DNA of 59,564 nt, the filler included. It is 4 parts of 4 records of this genome, joined end to end, with 100 filler letters (N's around TTAATTAATTAA, not from the genome) between each part and the next. Parts side by side here need not be neighbours in the genome. Positions count along the whole stretch, not along the records: positions 1 to 21,184 come from DRR723986_3482; 3 more parts are not named here. One strand, given 5' to 3'. A program made the position numbers and the translations under genes. A model generated the notes under the pieces. The model searched no databases, had not been told where the DNA came from, and was given only the letters and a program-made list of their open reading frames with translations. This document shows, one piece after another, positions 1 to 9,658 of the stretch (its first letter is position 1; every line of letters begins with the position of its first letter).

Positions 1-1307
1 GCGGGAGTAGTACCGGTGCCATTGCTAACAATGCAGGTCTCACTGGGAGAAGGCGGCTGGATCAAAACTGTCACGTCATATGAATCGCCGAAACCCAGGC
101 TTGTCGGAAAGTTGAATGCGCCATCTGCGAAGAGCGTCAGGTTATCGCCGGCATTGTTCTGGAGAACCACACTGTCACCGCTCACGAGCCCTGAAAGCTG
201 GCCGCCGATGCTGTACTGGTCGTCGACACAGGTAACGGCGACGTTACTAACCGGGGACCCCGAAAGAATGCCGCTGCCGTTGATAACTGAACAGGTTTGA
301 CCTACCGGCTGGCTGCTGACAGTGACGTCATAGAGGCTGCCATCGGATTGTGGTGAGAAGGCAAAATTTCCGTCTGCGGTTAGTGTTTGTTCGTCAGCAC
401 CGAGGTTGCGCAAGGAAATACTCTGGCCCGTGGCCAGGCCTGAGACCGCGCCGCTGACGCCGAAAAGGTTGATGGTGCAGGTGACTGCGACATTAGTGAT
501 ATCTGCATGGGTAGCAGTGGGAATCGTGCCGCTACCGTTAGCGACCGTGCAGGTTTCGGTGATCGGGCCCGGCTGGGTTAGTACTGTCACGTTGTAGCTG
601 TCACCTGGCCTCAAACTGGTGGGGAAGTTGAACGAGCCGTCCGGACCTACTGTGACGGTCTCGCCCCCATTGTTTTGCAGTACTACCGACTCGCCACTCA
701 CCAGGCCCGTGACGACACCTCCGACCTCGGCACCAAAATCGAGGTCGTCGATGGCCATGTAGAAGTCTCTATCAATGACTGTGCTCCCGAGTTTTGTGAC
801 TCGAATCTCATCAATGTTGGCCCAGAGATCTTTGGAAGTAATGGAGAAGTTTTTTACGTTGAAATCAATAAGCTGGTTACGATAATCCCGAAGCTCAAGG
901 GCAACCTGCGCGCCATCGCGGTACGCAGCGAGCTCATAAACACCGGTGCATGACCCAGTGGCCCCGCAATTGCCAAAGGAGATCTGCATGCTATTGAACT
1001 TGAATTCGTTACCTGCCGCATCGGCGATTCGTACTTCCTGGGCAACGCCAAAGTTGGCGGAGAGTGACAGGAAGTTCGGGGCAAGAAATACACCAATATC
1101 GTTGCCGTGCACGATCTGCTGGTCAGAAGATCTATAAGTCACTGAATACCTAACGCCGTTCAGCGTATAGGAACTGGTGGCGCCGATGGCGGTGACAGGG
1201 CCGGGTACAACAGATTCAAAGTCCTGATCCGGCGGCTGCGCGAGAAGCGACTGTGAGTAAGCCAGAGAGAGGAGGAGTAAAAACCTGATGAATCTAGTGA
1301 TCAGCAT
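1..1307 (-). CDS. Secreted protein with an N-terminal beta-rich domain and at least 3 tandem ~82-aa Cys-bracketed Ig-like repeats (3' end runs off the window)
   Basis: Translated by hand; absent from the ORF track because there is no stop in the window. ATG 1307 gives MLITRFIRFLLLLSLAYSQSLLAQ (signal peptide) and the frame stays open to base 1. Repeats read VGGVVTGLVSGESVVLQNNGG..FNFPT..YNVTVLTQP..TCTVANGSG..NVAVTC; VSGAVSGL..YDVTVSSQP..TCSVINGSG..NVAVTC; IGGQLSGLVSGDSVVLQNNAG..YDVTVLIQP..TCIVSNGTG. Confidence 0.85.
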   Translation of the reverse strand, partial: MLITRFIRFLLLLSLAYSQSLLAQPPDQDFESVVPGPVTAIGATSSYTLNGVRYSVTYRSSDQQIVHGNDIGVFLAPNFLSLSANFGVAQEVRIADAAGNEFKFNSMQISFGNCGATGSCTGVYELAAYRDGAQVALELRDYRNQLIDFNVKNFSITSKDLWANIDEIRVTKLGSTVIDRDFYMAIDDLDFGAEVGGVVTGLVSGESVVLQNNGGETVTVGPDGSFNFPTSLRPGDSYNVTVLTQPGPITETCTVANGSGTIPTATHADITNVAVTCTINLFGVSGAVSGLATGQSISLRNLGADEQTLTADGNFAFSPQSDGSLYDVTVSSQPVGQTCSVINGSGILSGSPVSNVAVTCVDDQYSIGGQLSGLVSGDSVVLQNNAGDNLTLFADGAFNFPTSLGFGDSYDVTVLIQPPSPSETCIVSNGTGTTP

Positions 1308-1471
1308 AGCGCGTTACCTTTGCTCAATAACCAACCTTTACGGGCGACGTGTCGCGTCATTCCCGCCGGCATTTATTTGACGTCCGGCAAGTTTAATGCA
1401 ATTCAAGCTGAAGCGTAAGCCAGACGACGCTGCACCGATGCAGCGCGGTTGACCAGAGTTGCTAGCTGGCT

Positions 1472-3160
1472 TCAGCGTCGCCCCTGGCTTTCCAACCCCG
1501 GCAACACCTCGCCAATCGAACCGGACGGTGCCTCGATGCCAAGGCGGTCAGCCAGGCTTGCGGCGATATCATAGGGCGTTACCGCGCGGCTGATGCGCGC
1601 GGGGCGTAAACCGTTACCGGCAAACACAACCGGTACGTGGCGATCATAGTGCCAGGGTGAACCGTGGGTGGCTGCCACCGAGAGTCCGTCGAAATCCGCG
1701 ATAAAGGCCTGCGATTCAAAGACCACGTGAACATCGCCCGAGCGCAGCGGCATGTAATTAGCGGCAGCATGTGCCGCCAGCGGGCTGGCCGGCAGGCGGC
1801 CGGCACTGATATCAGACGCGGTATAGGCATCGAAAACTTCCGGTCGCCGACTCACCAGTTCTGCCGTCTGGCGTTGAATGTCGGCCAGGTCGAGACCCTC
1901 TTTCGCGATGAGATCCTGGTCCAGGTAGATATAGGGCGTGAAGAATGTCTGGACCAGGTCGAGTTCCAGGCCGGTGGCCTGGCGCAAGGCGGTGTTGAGC
2001 GCGTCGGTATCGAAGGGGGCGGGGTCCACGTGAGCGGCATCGTCACCCAGGGTGCGCAGGTAGCCGGGGACTTCCGGGCCGCCGTGGTCTGCCGACAGCA
2101 CGATCAAGGTATTTTTCAGGCCCACCTGCTTGTCGATGAAGGCGAACAGCTCCGCGAGTGTGCGGTCCAGCCGCAGCAGGTTATCTTCCATTTCCAGGCT
2201 CGACGAGCCGAACAGGTGGCCAACATAGTCGGTCGAGGAAAAGCTGATCGACAGGTAGTCCGGCACGTCGTCCTGCCCCAGTTGCTCCTCGGTCACCAGG
2301 GTCCTGGCGAAGTCCAGCGTGAGCTCATCCCCGGCGGGACTGACGGTGAGCAGGGTCGTGAAATACTTGCTGTCGCGCTTGCCCCAGGGATGGGGAAAGG
2401 TCCGGCCATAACCGGGAAAGTCCGTCTCCCAGTCACTGTCGTCAGGGGTGATGCCCTGGTAACGGTCGGGCGTCTGGAGCAAGGTCCAGCTGCTGTCTGC
2501 GTAGCGGTCCAGCTTGCCGGCCGCATTCCACGCCGCTACCCAGTCGGGATAGCTGTCGTAGTAAAAGCTCGAGCTCACGAAGTTGCCGGAGGACTTGGAA
2601 AACCAGAACGCCTTGCCCGACCTTCCCGCCAGCGGCACTGCGCCCCGGTCTTTCACCGATACTGCAAAAATTCGGCTCGCGCCGCCGTAGCGCTTGGCCA
2701 GTTCGTCAGAGAACGTGGAACTGAGTATGCCCCGTGGCGATCGCCCGTCGGTATTGGCAACCCGCTGGGTGGGATCGATTTCAGCCGACTTGTCCACCCC
2801 GGCATTGGCACTGAGCAGGGCGTAACGCGGATCTTCGATGTTGTATACCAGTTCCCCGCTGGCGCGGTCGAACCAGATATTACCCACCATGCCGTGGATG
2901 GCTGGCACCGTACCGGTGGCAAGCGAGGTGTGGCCAACGACGGTTTCGGTATTGGCGTGCTGGTAGGTGGCGTTGGTGTACCAGACGCCCTTGTCTGCCA
3001 GGTAGCGGAAGCCGCCCTTGCCGAACTGTTCCATGTGGCGCCAGGGCAGGTCCCCACGCAACTGGTCGACGGTGATCTGCAGAATCAGGCGCGGCTGCGC
3101 CGCAGCCTGTGTGCTGCCCAGCAGGATCAGGAAAAACAGGGATAACGCGCGTGTCGTCAT
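1472..3160 (-). CDS. Alkaline phosphatase family protein (PafA/PhoK-like, NPP superfamily), exported
   Basis: Motifs ITVDQLRGD, TETVVGHTSLATG (Thr nucleophile region), STDYVGH, SADHGG, THGSPWHYD. Signal peptide from ATG 3160 (MTTRALSLFFLILLGSTQAAAQ). Confidence 0.9.
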   Translation of the reverse strand: MTTRALSLFFLILLGSTQAAAQPRLILQITVDQLRGDLPWRHMEQFGKGGFRYLADKGVWYTNATYQHANTETVVGHTSLATGTVPAIHGMVGNIWFDRASGELVYNIEDPRYALLSANAGVDKSAEIDPTQRVANTDGRSPRGILSSTFSDELAKRYGGASRIFAVSVKDRGAVPLAGRSGKAFWFSKSSGNFVSSSFYYDSYPDWVAAWNAAGKLDRYADSSWTLLQTPDRYQGITPDDSDWETDFPGYGRTFPHPWGKRDSKYFTTLLTVSPAGDELTLDFARTLVTEEQLGQDDVPDYLSISFSSTDYVGHLFGSSSLEMEDNLLRLDRTLAELFAFIDKQVGLKNTLIVLSADHGGPEVPGYLRTLGDDAAHVDPAPFDTDALNTALRQATGLELDLVQTFFTPYIYLDQDLIAKEGLDLADIQRQTAELVSRRPEVFDAYTASDISAGRLPASPLAAHAAANYMPLRSGDVHVVFESQAFIADFDGLSVAATHGSPWHYDRHVPVVFAGNGLRPARISRAVTPYDIAASLADRLGIEAPSGSIGEVLPGLESQGRR

Positions 3161-3275
3161 GGGGTACCTCGGGGTCAGCATTACGGCGCCGGATGCTTGC
3201 TGGCCGCGGCATCGCAGCCGGGGTCGGGCAGGCTTATCCGCCAACGCAATAAGCATAACCCATTAATGCGGGGGC

Positions 3276-4232
3276 CTACACGACTACGGCAAAGCGCTCG
3301 CGCGCGAGCCGGATACGCTCGGCTGGGTCGTCGGTCTCGTCCACGATTTGCTGCGCTACCTGCATCCGGTGGAGCAGCCCGGCCTGGTTGGCCACCTGGA
3401 TGGATAGGCCCGGGCGGGCATTGAGTTCCAGCAGCATGGGTCCGATGACCCGGTCCAGGACAATGTCAGCACCGATGTAACCGAGCCCGGTCAGCGCGTT
3501 ACAGCTTGCCGCCAGTTCCAGAATCCTGCCCCAGTGGGGTACCTGCAGGGTGGTGAAGTCGGCACCCGTATCCGGGTGCTTTTCGATCACGTGACCGTGT
3601 TGCACCGCACAGACACTGGCCCCCGAGCCGATATCCAGGCCCACGCCCACGGCGCCCTGGTGGAGATTGGCCTTGCCGTCGGACTCGTGGGTGGCGCAGC
3701 GCATCATCGCCATGATCGGGACGCCCTGGTACACAATAACCCGGACGTCGGGCACGCCCTCGTTACTGAACTGCTTCAGCGCCGGATCGAAGTCGATAAG
3801 TCCTTCCACCATCGCGCGGTCGTTGCGTCCGCCGAGGCTGTAAAGGCCCGCCAGGGTGTTGGTGATGTGGTGGCGTAAATGGGCGCGATCAACGGTCACC
3901 CCGCTGGACTTGACGAAGTCCTGGCCATCGCGGCCGACAATCACCAGGATGCCCTTGCCGCCGCTGCCCTGGACCGGCTTGATGACAAAGCTCTCCCGGG
4001 ATTCCAGCGAGTCGAGAAAGTCCTCGATCTGGAACATGTACTCGACTGTTCCGTAGAGTTCGGGAACCGGGATATCACCGCGCGCCAGGGCGATTTTCTT
4101 GGTCAGCAGCTTATCGTCCACCAGGCGATAATTGGCGCGCGGATTATTCTTGCCGATCAGCCCGATATTGCGCTGGTTCATGCCAATGATGCCCAGCTTA
4201 CGCAGGCTGCGCGGTGAAATCAGTGGGATCAT
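3276..4232 (-). CDS. Alpha-L-glutamate ligase-like ATP-grasp protein (RimK-related)
   Basis: GMNQRN..NPR..YRLVDDKLLTK, FVIKPVQGSGGKGI, GVPDVRV, ANLHQG, LELNARPGLSIQ. Overlaps the upstream gene by 4 bp. Confidence 0.92.
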   Translation of the reverse strand: MIPLISPRSLRKLGIIGMNQRNIGLIGKNNPRANYRLVDDKLLTKKIALARGDIPVPELYGTVEYMFQIEDFLDSLESRESFVIKPVQGSGGKGILVIVGRDGQDFVKSSGVTVDRAHLRHHITNTLAGLYSLGGRNDRAMVEGLIDFDPALKQFSNEGVPDVRVIVYQGVPIMAMMRCATHESDGKANLHQGAVGVGLDIGSGASVCAVQHGHVIEKHPDTGADFTTLQVPHWGRILELAASCNALTGLGYIGADIVLDRVIGPMLLELNARPGLSIQVANQAGLLHRMQVAQQIVDETDDPAERIRLARERFAVVV

Positions 4233-5752
4233 GCGCGCTTTCTCATCTCCCGGAACCGGTACAGTTCAGAGAGGCGGTAGCCGGTATATTTGCCCAGCAG
4301 CAGGATGATGCCGAGCAGCGCGAGCATTAGTTCGGGGAAGTTGAAGGTCAGGTGTTCGACATAGTGGTTCGCCATGACCAGGTAGGCCATTACAGCTACC
4401 AGCAGGCTGCCACCGCCCTGGATCAGCACCTCGTGACCGCCTTCCTCTTCCCACAGGATCGACATACGCTCGATCGTCCAGGCGAGGATGATGGTTGGGA
4501 AGAAGGTGACGGTGAGGGCCTGGTCCACGCCCATCTTGTAACTGGCAACGGCGATAATCGCCATCAGCAGGATGACCACGATCACCACCGACGCTACTCG
4601 CGCCACCAGCAGCAGGTTCATGTGACTGAGGTAGGAGCGAATCCACAGTCCGAAGCTGATCACGATCAGGAAGATGGCAAGACCAACCAGCAAGGTCGTC
4701 TGGATCAGCGCCAGGGCAATCAGGATCGGCATGAAAGTTCCGGAGGTGCTCAGCCCGATGACTACTCGCATGAGCACCACCACCAGCGCGGCGACCGGGA
4801 TCAGCAGTAAGCCCTTGAAAATGCCCTGTTGTTCTACAGGCAGCGAATAGATTGAGAAATCCAGCAGGGCAAACTGATCCGATTTCTCTTCCATACTCAC
4901 CACGGTGCGCAGGGGCAGGCTGTTTTCCACCAGCGCAAATTGCAGCGAGGACTTTTCACCGCCGATAACACTGAGTACCGCGTCGTCACCGCGCTGCCAG
5001 GTGTAAAAGTCCTTGGGCAGTCCTGTACTGCCGTCACGGAGCCGCATGACGACCCAGTCGTCGCCATTGTAAATCTCGAGCATATCGCTCAGGGTCTGGC
5101 GCCGGCGGCCGTCCTCCAGCTCGATGCCGCGCAGCTTGTGCGCCGGGATGCCCGCGCTGTGCAGCAGATTCATGATCAGCTCCAGCCTGGGCACGTGGGC
5201 GCCGCTGAGAATGAACTGGGCTTCCTGGCTCATGGTTTCGGCATAAAAATCCTGCAACAGCAGGCGGGCGAAGACCTCGTCACCGGTGGACTTCTCACGC
5301 AGTGCTGCGATATAGGACGTCATCGCCTTCGCGTATCCCGGGCCGGCGTCCGCCGGGGTTGGCGGGGTCACTGGCAGTGCGGGCAGGTCGCTGTCCGCCG
5401 CCTTGTAGACCTGCAGTTTGTAATACAGGGTCGCAGGCTCCGTGAGCGTCTTGCGCGTCCAGCGCGCCAGCCTTTGCCCCGCTTCTTCTGCAACCGTGAA
5501 GCCAAAGCCGGAAGAGGAGAAGTTCTCGTTCAGGGTGACCCAGCCGTTGTAGCCCGGAGGCAGCTTCAGGGTTACGTCCACCGGACCTTCACCCGGGTCG
5601 AAGCTGATTTTGGACTCGATGGTCCACACGTCCTGGTATTGCTCGGGCAGCAAGGGGAGCCCGAGCGACAGCGACTTGTACAGGGTAAGACCGAGGCCGA
5701 AGCCGATAAGGGAGAATGCAATAATCCCGATCTGGGTTTTGGAGCGCAGCAT
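4229..5752 (-). CDS. Inactive transglutaminase fused to a 7TM domain (membrane protein)
   Basis: N-terminal TM, soluble domain with GIELEDGRRRQ and WQRG, C-terminal multi-TM block with GTFMPILIALA, FFPTIILAWTIERMSILWEE, YTGYRLSELYRF. Confidence 0.9.
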   Translation of the reverse strand: MLRSKTQIGIIAFSLIGFGLGLTLYKSLSLGLPLLPEQYQDVWTIESKISFDPGEGPVDVTLKLPPGYNGWVTLNENFSSSGFGFTVAEEAGQRLARWTRKTLTEPATLYYKLQVYKAADSDLPALPVTPPTPADAGPGYAKAMTSYIAALREKSTGDEVFARLLLQDFYAETMSQEAQFILSGAHVPRLELIMNLLHSAGIPAHKLRGIELEDGRRRQTLSDMLEIYNGDDWVVMRLRDGSTGLPKDFYTWQRGDDAVLSVIGGEKSSLQFALVENSLPLRTVVSMEEKSDQFALLDFSIYSLPVEQQGIFKGLLLIPVAALVVVLMRVVIGLSTSGTFMPILIALALIQTTLLVGLAIFLIVISFGLWIRSYLSHMNLLLVARVASVVIVVILLMAIIAVASYKMGVDQALTVTFFPTIILAWTIERMSILWEEEGGHEVLIQGGGSLLVAVMAYLVMANHYVEHLTFNFPELMLALLGIILLLGKYTGYRLSELYRFREMRKRA

Positions 5753-5753
5753 C

Positions 5754-6413
5754 TCAGTTTGCCTCCGGCCGCTTCTTCGGCTGGGTGTATTTCTTGCTGA
5801 CGTCGACGGCGAATTCGTCCATCAGCAGGTTGCGGCCCAGCAGTAACTCATACTCGAAGTCATCCCGATCAGACAGGCTGACGTCCAGCCAGGTTCGCTT
5901 GTTGCCGACCGTGACCCACATCCTGACCACGTAGCGGCGGTCTGGCGGGCCTTCCACGTTCTGCTTGACCACGATCCTGCGGTGCAGGCGGCGTTCAACC
6001 TGGACTTTCTCGCGGGTTTCGGGATTCTGCAGGGTGAAACGCACATAGCGTTTGCCATCTTTCTCCAGGAGCTGGATATCTTCCGCATGGATAGAAGATG
6101 TCTCCGCGCCGGTGTCGATCCGCGCCTCGAAGATCAGCTTACCCGGTTCGACGTAAGCCCATTCGACGGCACCAATGATGGGAGTGGCGTCGGTAACAAC
6201 CGGCGCGGGAAGGTACTTGGTGACCACTTTCTCGCGGATCACCGGCTCGGGTATCACCGGTTCCGGGCATTCGACGACAGGGCAGACCGGGCATTCTGCT
6301 GCTTCCACCGGTGGCGTTTCGCTTACCTCGGGAGTGGTCTCCATGGGCAGCGTTTGGCAGCCCGCCAGGCCGAGGGTTGCGGCCAGTACCAGGCCGCGGG
6401 TGATACGTGTCAT
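5754..6413 (-). CDS. Retropepsin-like aspartic protease lipoprotein (RimB/RloA-like, 'ATP-dependent Zn protease' family)
   Basis: Lipobox LAGC after ATG 6413, Pro/Glu/Cys linker, catalytic ARIDTGAETSSI and LLGRNLL. Confidence 0.88.
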   Translation of the reverse strand: MTRITRGLVLAATLGLAGCQTLPMETTPEVSETPPVEAAECPVCPVVECPEPVIPEPVIREKVVTKYLPAPVVTDATPIIGAVEWAYVEPGKLIFEARIDTGAETSSIHAEDIQLLEKDGKRYVRFTLQNPETREKVQVERRLHRRIVVKQNVEGPPDRRYVVRMWVTVGNKRTWLDVSLSDRDDFEYELLLGRNLLMDEFAVDVSKKYTQPKKRPEAN

Positions 6414-6462
6414 GGAGTCTTCCACCTTTCGAAAAACATTTTATTATCGTCAGCCAGCCGAC

Positions 6463-7935
6463 TCAGTCAGAGGATGGCTCTTCGTCCGGAATGCGTGTTG
6501 CGTCCGGTACGCTCGCGTCCTCGGTCAGACTGGTCATATCCGGGCTCTCGCCGTCCTCCACCAGGCCGTCAAGCACCGGGACCGTGGGGTCACCGTCCCT
6601 GGCGGGAAGTTCCTCCGCCGGGGCGCTGATGCCGATATGGTAGGCGGCGTAGCCCGGCATCACGACCTGGTCATAGGCCATGCCGAGCACCCGGCCCTTG
6701 AGCGGCGAACGGACCTCGGTGCGGACATTGGTAATCGGGTTGATGATTGTGCCCAGTACCTCGTCCCGGTCGACACGCTCGCCCAGCTTGACCTCGCTCA
6801 GCAGGATGCCGCCGGATTCAGCTCGAATCCAGCGCGAGTCATAGTATACAGGCTGGCGCGATCCCCAGGACCGCGAACTCGCGACCATCCCCAGGTGATT
6901 CATCAGCGTATTGATGCTCTTCACACTGTGCTTGATGGCATCTTCCTGCAGACGGATCGGGCCTCCCGCTTCAATAGTGACGGCCGGGATGCCGTGTTCG
7001 GTTGCGGCACGTCGCAGGGTGCCGACGGAGCCGGCGCTGTGTAATACGGTGGTTGTGCCGAAGCCCTGGGTGATCTCCATGACCAGGGGGTTCGACAGGT
7101 CGGCTCGCAATTGGGGCAGGTTGGTGCGGTCGAAGGAGCCGGTGTGCAGGTCTACCAGCACGGTACAGTGGTCGATCACCTCGTTAAAAAACGAGAACGC
7201 GATTCGAGAGGCGGCGCTGCCGCGCTCATAGCCCGGGAAGTAGCGATTGAGGTCGCGCCGATCCGGCAGGTAGCGGGAGCTGCGCTGGAAACCCTGCATG
7301 TTGACAATCGGTACACCGATCACCGAACCGCTGAGCTCTTCCGGCTCGATGTCGTACAGCACCCGGCGCACGATCTCGATGCCGTTGATCTCATCGCCGT
7401 GGAGCGCGGCGGTGATGCACAGTGTTGGGCCGGCCTTGGCGCCGTGAACGACCAACACCGGTGTCGGACTCGCCAGGCCTTCAAAGGACTGGGACGGAGA
7501 CCAGGACAGGCGGGCCGAGGTCAGCGGCGGCACTTCGGTGCCCAGCAGGATGATCGGTGGGATGGCCGGCAACTCGCGAGCGCGGGCGGGCTCGGTCTCT
7601 GCGGCCTCCGCGATGGCTGCAGCAGTGATATCTTCGGCTGCAACCGGGTCACCCAGCTCCACGCTGCGGGCCTGGGGCAGGTGCGATGTGGTGGCATCGC
7701 TTGTCTCATCCGCCGGCATTGCAGCGCCCGCTTCAGGCGCTGTTTCGGCAATGGCCTTGTCCGCGGGCAGGGGGATGTCTTGTGGCGCCGCCTGTTCGTC
7801 CGCCACGGCGAATCCGGCCCACAGGGCGACAAGCAGGGCGGCGGCAAGTCCTGCCCCGCGCCCATTCCGGCTGCTGCGCTGCTCCGCGCTGCGGTCGCCG
7901 CAAGGTCTATCCATGGTCCGTTTCCCGGTTGACAT
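6463..7935 (-). CDS. Succinylglutamate desuccinylase/aspartoacylase (M14) family peptidase, predicted exported; start uncertain
   Basis: AALHGDEINGIE, DRRDLNRYFPG, VDLHTG, VTIEAGG. Hydrophobic signal-like segment LAAALLVALWAGFAVA followed by an acidic Ala/Pro linker. Confidence 0.88.
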   Translation of the reverse strand: MSTGKRTMDRPCGDRSAEQRSSRNGRGAGLAAALLVALWAGFAVADEQAAPQDIPLPADKAIAETAPEAGAAMPADETSDATTSHLPQARSVELGDPVAAEDITAAAIAEAAETEPARARELPAIPPIILLGTEVPPLTSARLSWSPSQSFEGLASPTPVLVVHGAKAGPTLCITAALHGDEINGIEIVRRVLYDIEPEELSGSVIGVPIVNMQGFQRSSRYLPDRRDLNRYFPGYERGSAASRIAFSFFNEVIDHCTVLVDLHTGSFDRTNLPQLRADLSNPLVMEITQGFGTTTVLHSAGSVGTLRRAATEHGIPAVTIEAGGPIRLQEDAIKHSVKSINTLMNHLGMVASSRSWGSRQPVYYDSRWIRAESGGILLSEVKLGERVDRDEVLGTIINPITNVRTEVRSPLKGRVLGMAYDQVVMPGYAAYHIGISAPAEELPARDGDPTVPVLDGLVEDGESPDMTSLTEDASVPDATRIPDEEPSSD

Positions 7936-8145
7936 AAAAATTGCGGGCTAACTATACGCCTCTCGGCACCGTCCTGCTGCGTTGCTGGCGCATTGGTTGC
8001 AAAACTACCAATTCGGGTTTGCGGGCCACAAGTCCCGGGGTCCATCGCTCTGGCCGCGCCGGCATCGACGACCGTGGCGCTTGCGGGTTTGTTGCGATGT
8101 TTGGATGCTGCTAGGCTGCCGCTTTTGCCCGCCGCGGATTGCCCT

Positions 8146-9567
8146 ATGACTCATCGTATCTCCCTTAACGGCCTGCTAGCGGGCTTGCTCCTGGTGGCCC
8201 CGCTGGCCAACGCCGACACTGGCCTGAGCGAGGCGAGTATCGCCCACGCGGGCAGCTTGCGGGACCAGGCAATGGCTGGCAGCGCTGCCTATGCCCTCGT
8301 CGAATCCCTGACCACCGAGGTCGGTCCGCGGCTGGCCGGTACCGAAGCGGAAGCGAGAGCCCGCGCCTGGGGCGAGGCCAGGCTCAAAGCGCTGGGCTTT
8401 GCGAATGTGCGCACGGAGTCGTTTGAGATCGATGCCTGGGAACGGGGCGATGAACACGCGGCGCTGCTCAGTCCCTACCCGCAGCCGCTGGCAATAAGCA
8501 CGCTGGGCGGATCGGTCGCCACGCCGCCGCAAGGCCTGGAGGCGGAGCTGGTAGTGCTGGAGAATCTCGATGCGCTGCGGGCAGCGCCGCCGGGAAGTCT
8601 GGCTGGCAAGATCGCCTACGTGGGCCATGCGATGCAGGCTACCCAGGACGGTAGTTCCTACGGTGTGCACGGCAGGTTGCGTCGAGAGGGCGCCAGCCTG
8701 GCCGCGGCCCGGGGTGCGATAGCGATCATGATCCGCTCTATCGGCACCGATAATCACCGCATGCCGCATACCGGGCAAATGCGTTATAGCGATGACGCTC
8801 CGCGTATTCCCGCCGGGGCCCTGTCCAATCCGGATGCGGACCAGATAGAACGTATTGCGACCAGGGGCGAGACCATGCGGGTGCAGCTCACCCTGACCCC
8901 GAGCTTTGTCGGCAAGCGTGAGAGCGGCAATGTGATTGGCGAGATTGTTGGCTCCGAGCGTCCCGGCGAGATCGTCATTATCGGTGGCCACCTCGACAGC
9001 TGGGACCTGGGTACGGGCGCGATCGATGACGGGGCGGGTATCGGTATCGCGACCGCTGCGGCAAAGCTGATTCTCGACAGTGGCAAGCGCCCCCGGCGTA
9101 CCGTGCGGCTGATTTACTGGGGCGCAGAGGAAGTCGGGCTGCTCGGGGGTGAGGCCTATCTCGAGGCGCACCGCGCGCAGTTGGCGCAGCATATCATCGG
9201 CACCGAGAGTGACTTTGGCGCCGGCCGCGCCTGGCGCATGACAGCCCAGGTCTCGGAGGCCGGGCAGCAAGTGGTCGACCTGATCGGCCGGCTGGTAGCG
9301 CCTATCGGCATCGCGCCGGGCAACATGGATACGCCGGGCGCCGGTCCGGACCTGACGCCGATGGTGAAGGCGGGTCTGCCATCATTCCGGTTCACCCAGG
9401 ATGGGATGGACTACTTTGATCTGCACCACACGCCGGACGACACCCTGGACAAAATCGAGCCGGCAGCGCTCGACCAGAACGTCGCTGCGTTCGCGGTGTT
9501 CACCTGGCTGGCGGCGGACAGTACGGTTGATTTCCGGCGTCCCGCGCAGCCTGAGGAGACGGACTGA
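8146..9567 (+). CDS. M28 metallopeptidase with PA domain (carboxypeptidase Q-like), secreted
   Basis: Signal peptide, VGPRLAGT, GGHLDSWDLGTGAIDDGAG, GAEEVGLLG, YFDLHHTPDDTLDKI. Confidence 0.92.
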   Translation: MTHRISLNGLLAGLLLVAPLANADTGLSEASIAHAGSLRDQAMAGSAAYALVESLTTEVGPRLAGTEAEARARAWGEARLKALGFANVRTESFEIDAWERGDEHAALLSPYPQPLAISTLGGSVATPPQGLEAELVVLENLDALRAAPPGSLAGKIAYVGHAMQATQDGSSYGVHGRLRREGASLAAARGAIAIMIRSIGTDNHRMPHTGQMRYSDDAPRIPAGALSNPDADQIERIATRGETMRVQLTLTPSFVGKRESGNVIGEIVGSERPGEIVIIGGHLDSWDLGTGAIDDGAGIGIATAAAKLILDSGKRPRRTVRLIYWGAEEVGLLGGEAYLEAHRAQLAQHIIGTESDFGAGRAWRMTAQVSEAGQQVVDLIGRLVAPIGIAPGNMDTPGAGPDLTPMVKAGLPSFRFTQDGMDYFDLHHTPDDTLDKIEPAALDQNVAAFAVFTWLAADSTVDFRRPAQPEETD

Positions 9568-9658
9568 CCGATTGCTACAGCGCGGGTGGTGCGCGGGCCG
9601 GATTGCGGCCCTTGAGAATATCGTCGATGCGCGATGTGGTCCTTAAAATCCTGCTCGG

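Noticed and set aside
16-1137. Several short plus-strand ORFs
   Set aside because: Explained by the real minus-strand repeat-protein gene at 1-1307.
1664-3145. 493-aa plus-strand ORF opposite the phosphatase
   Set aside because: Antisense shadow ORF.
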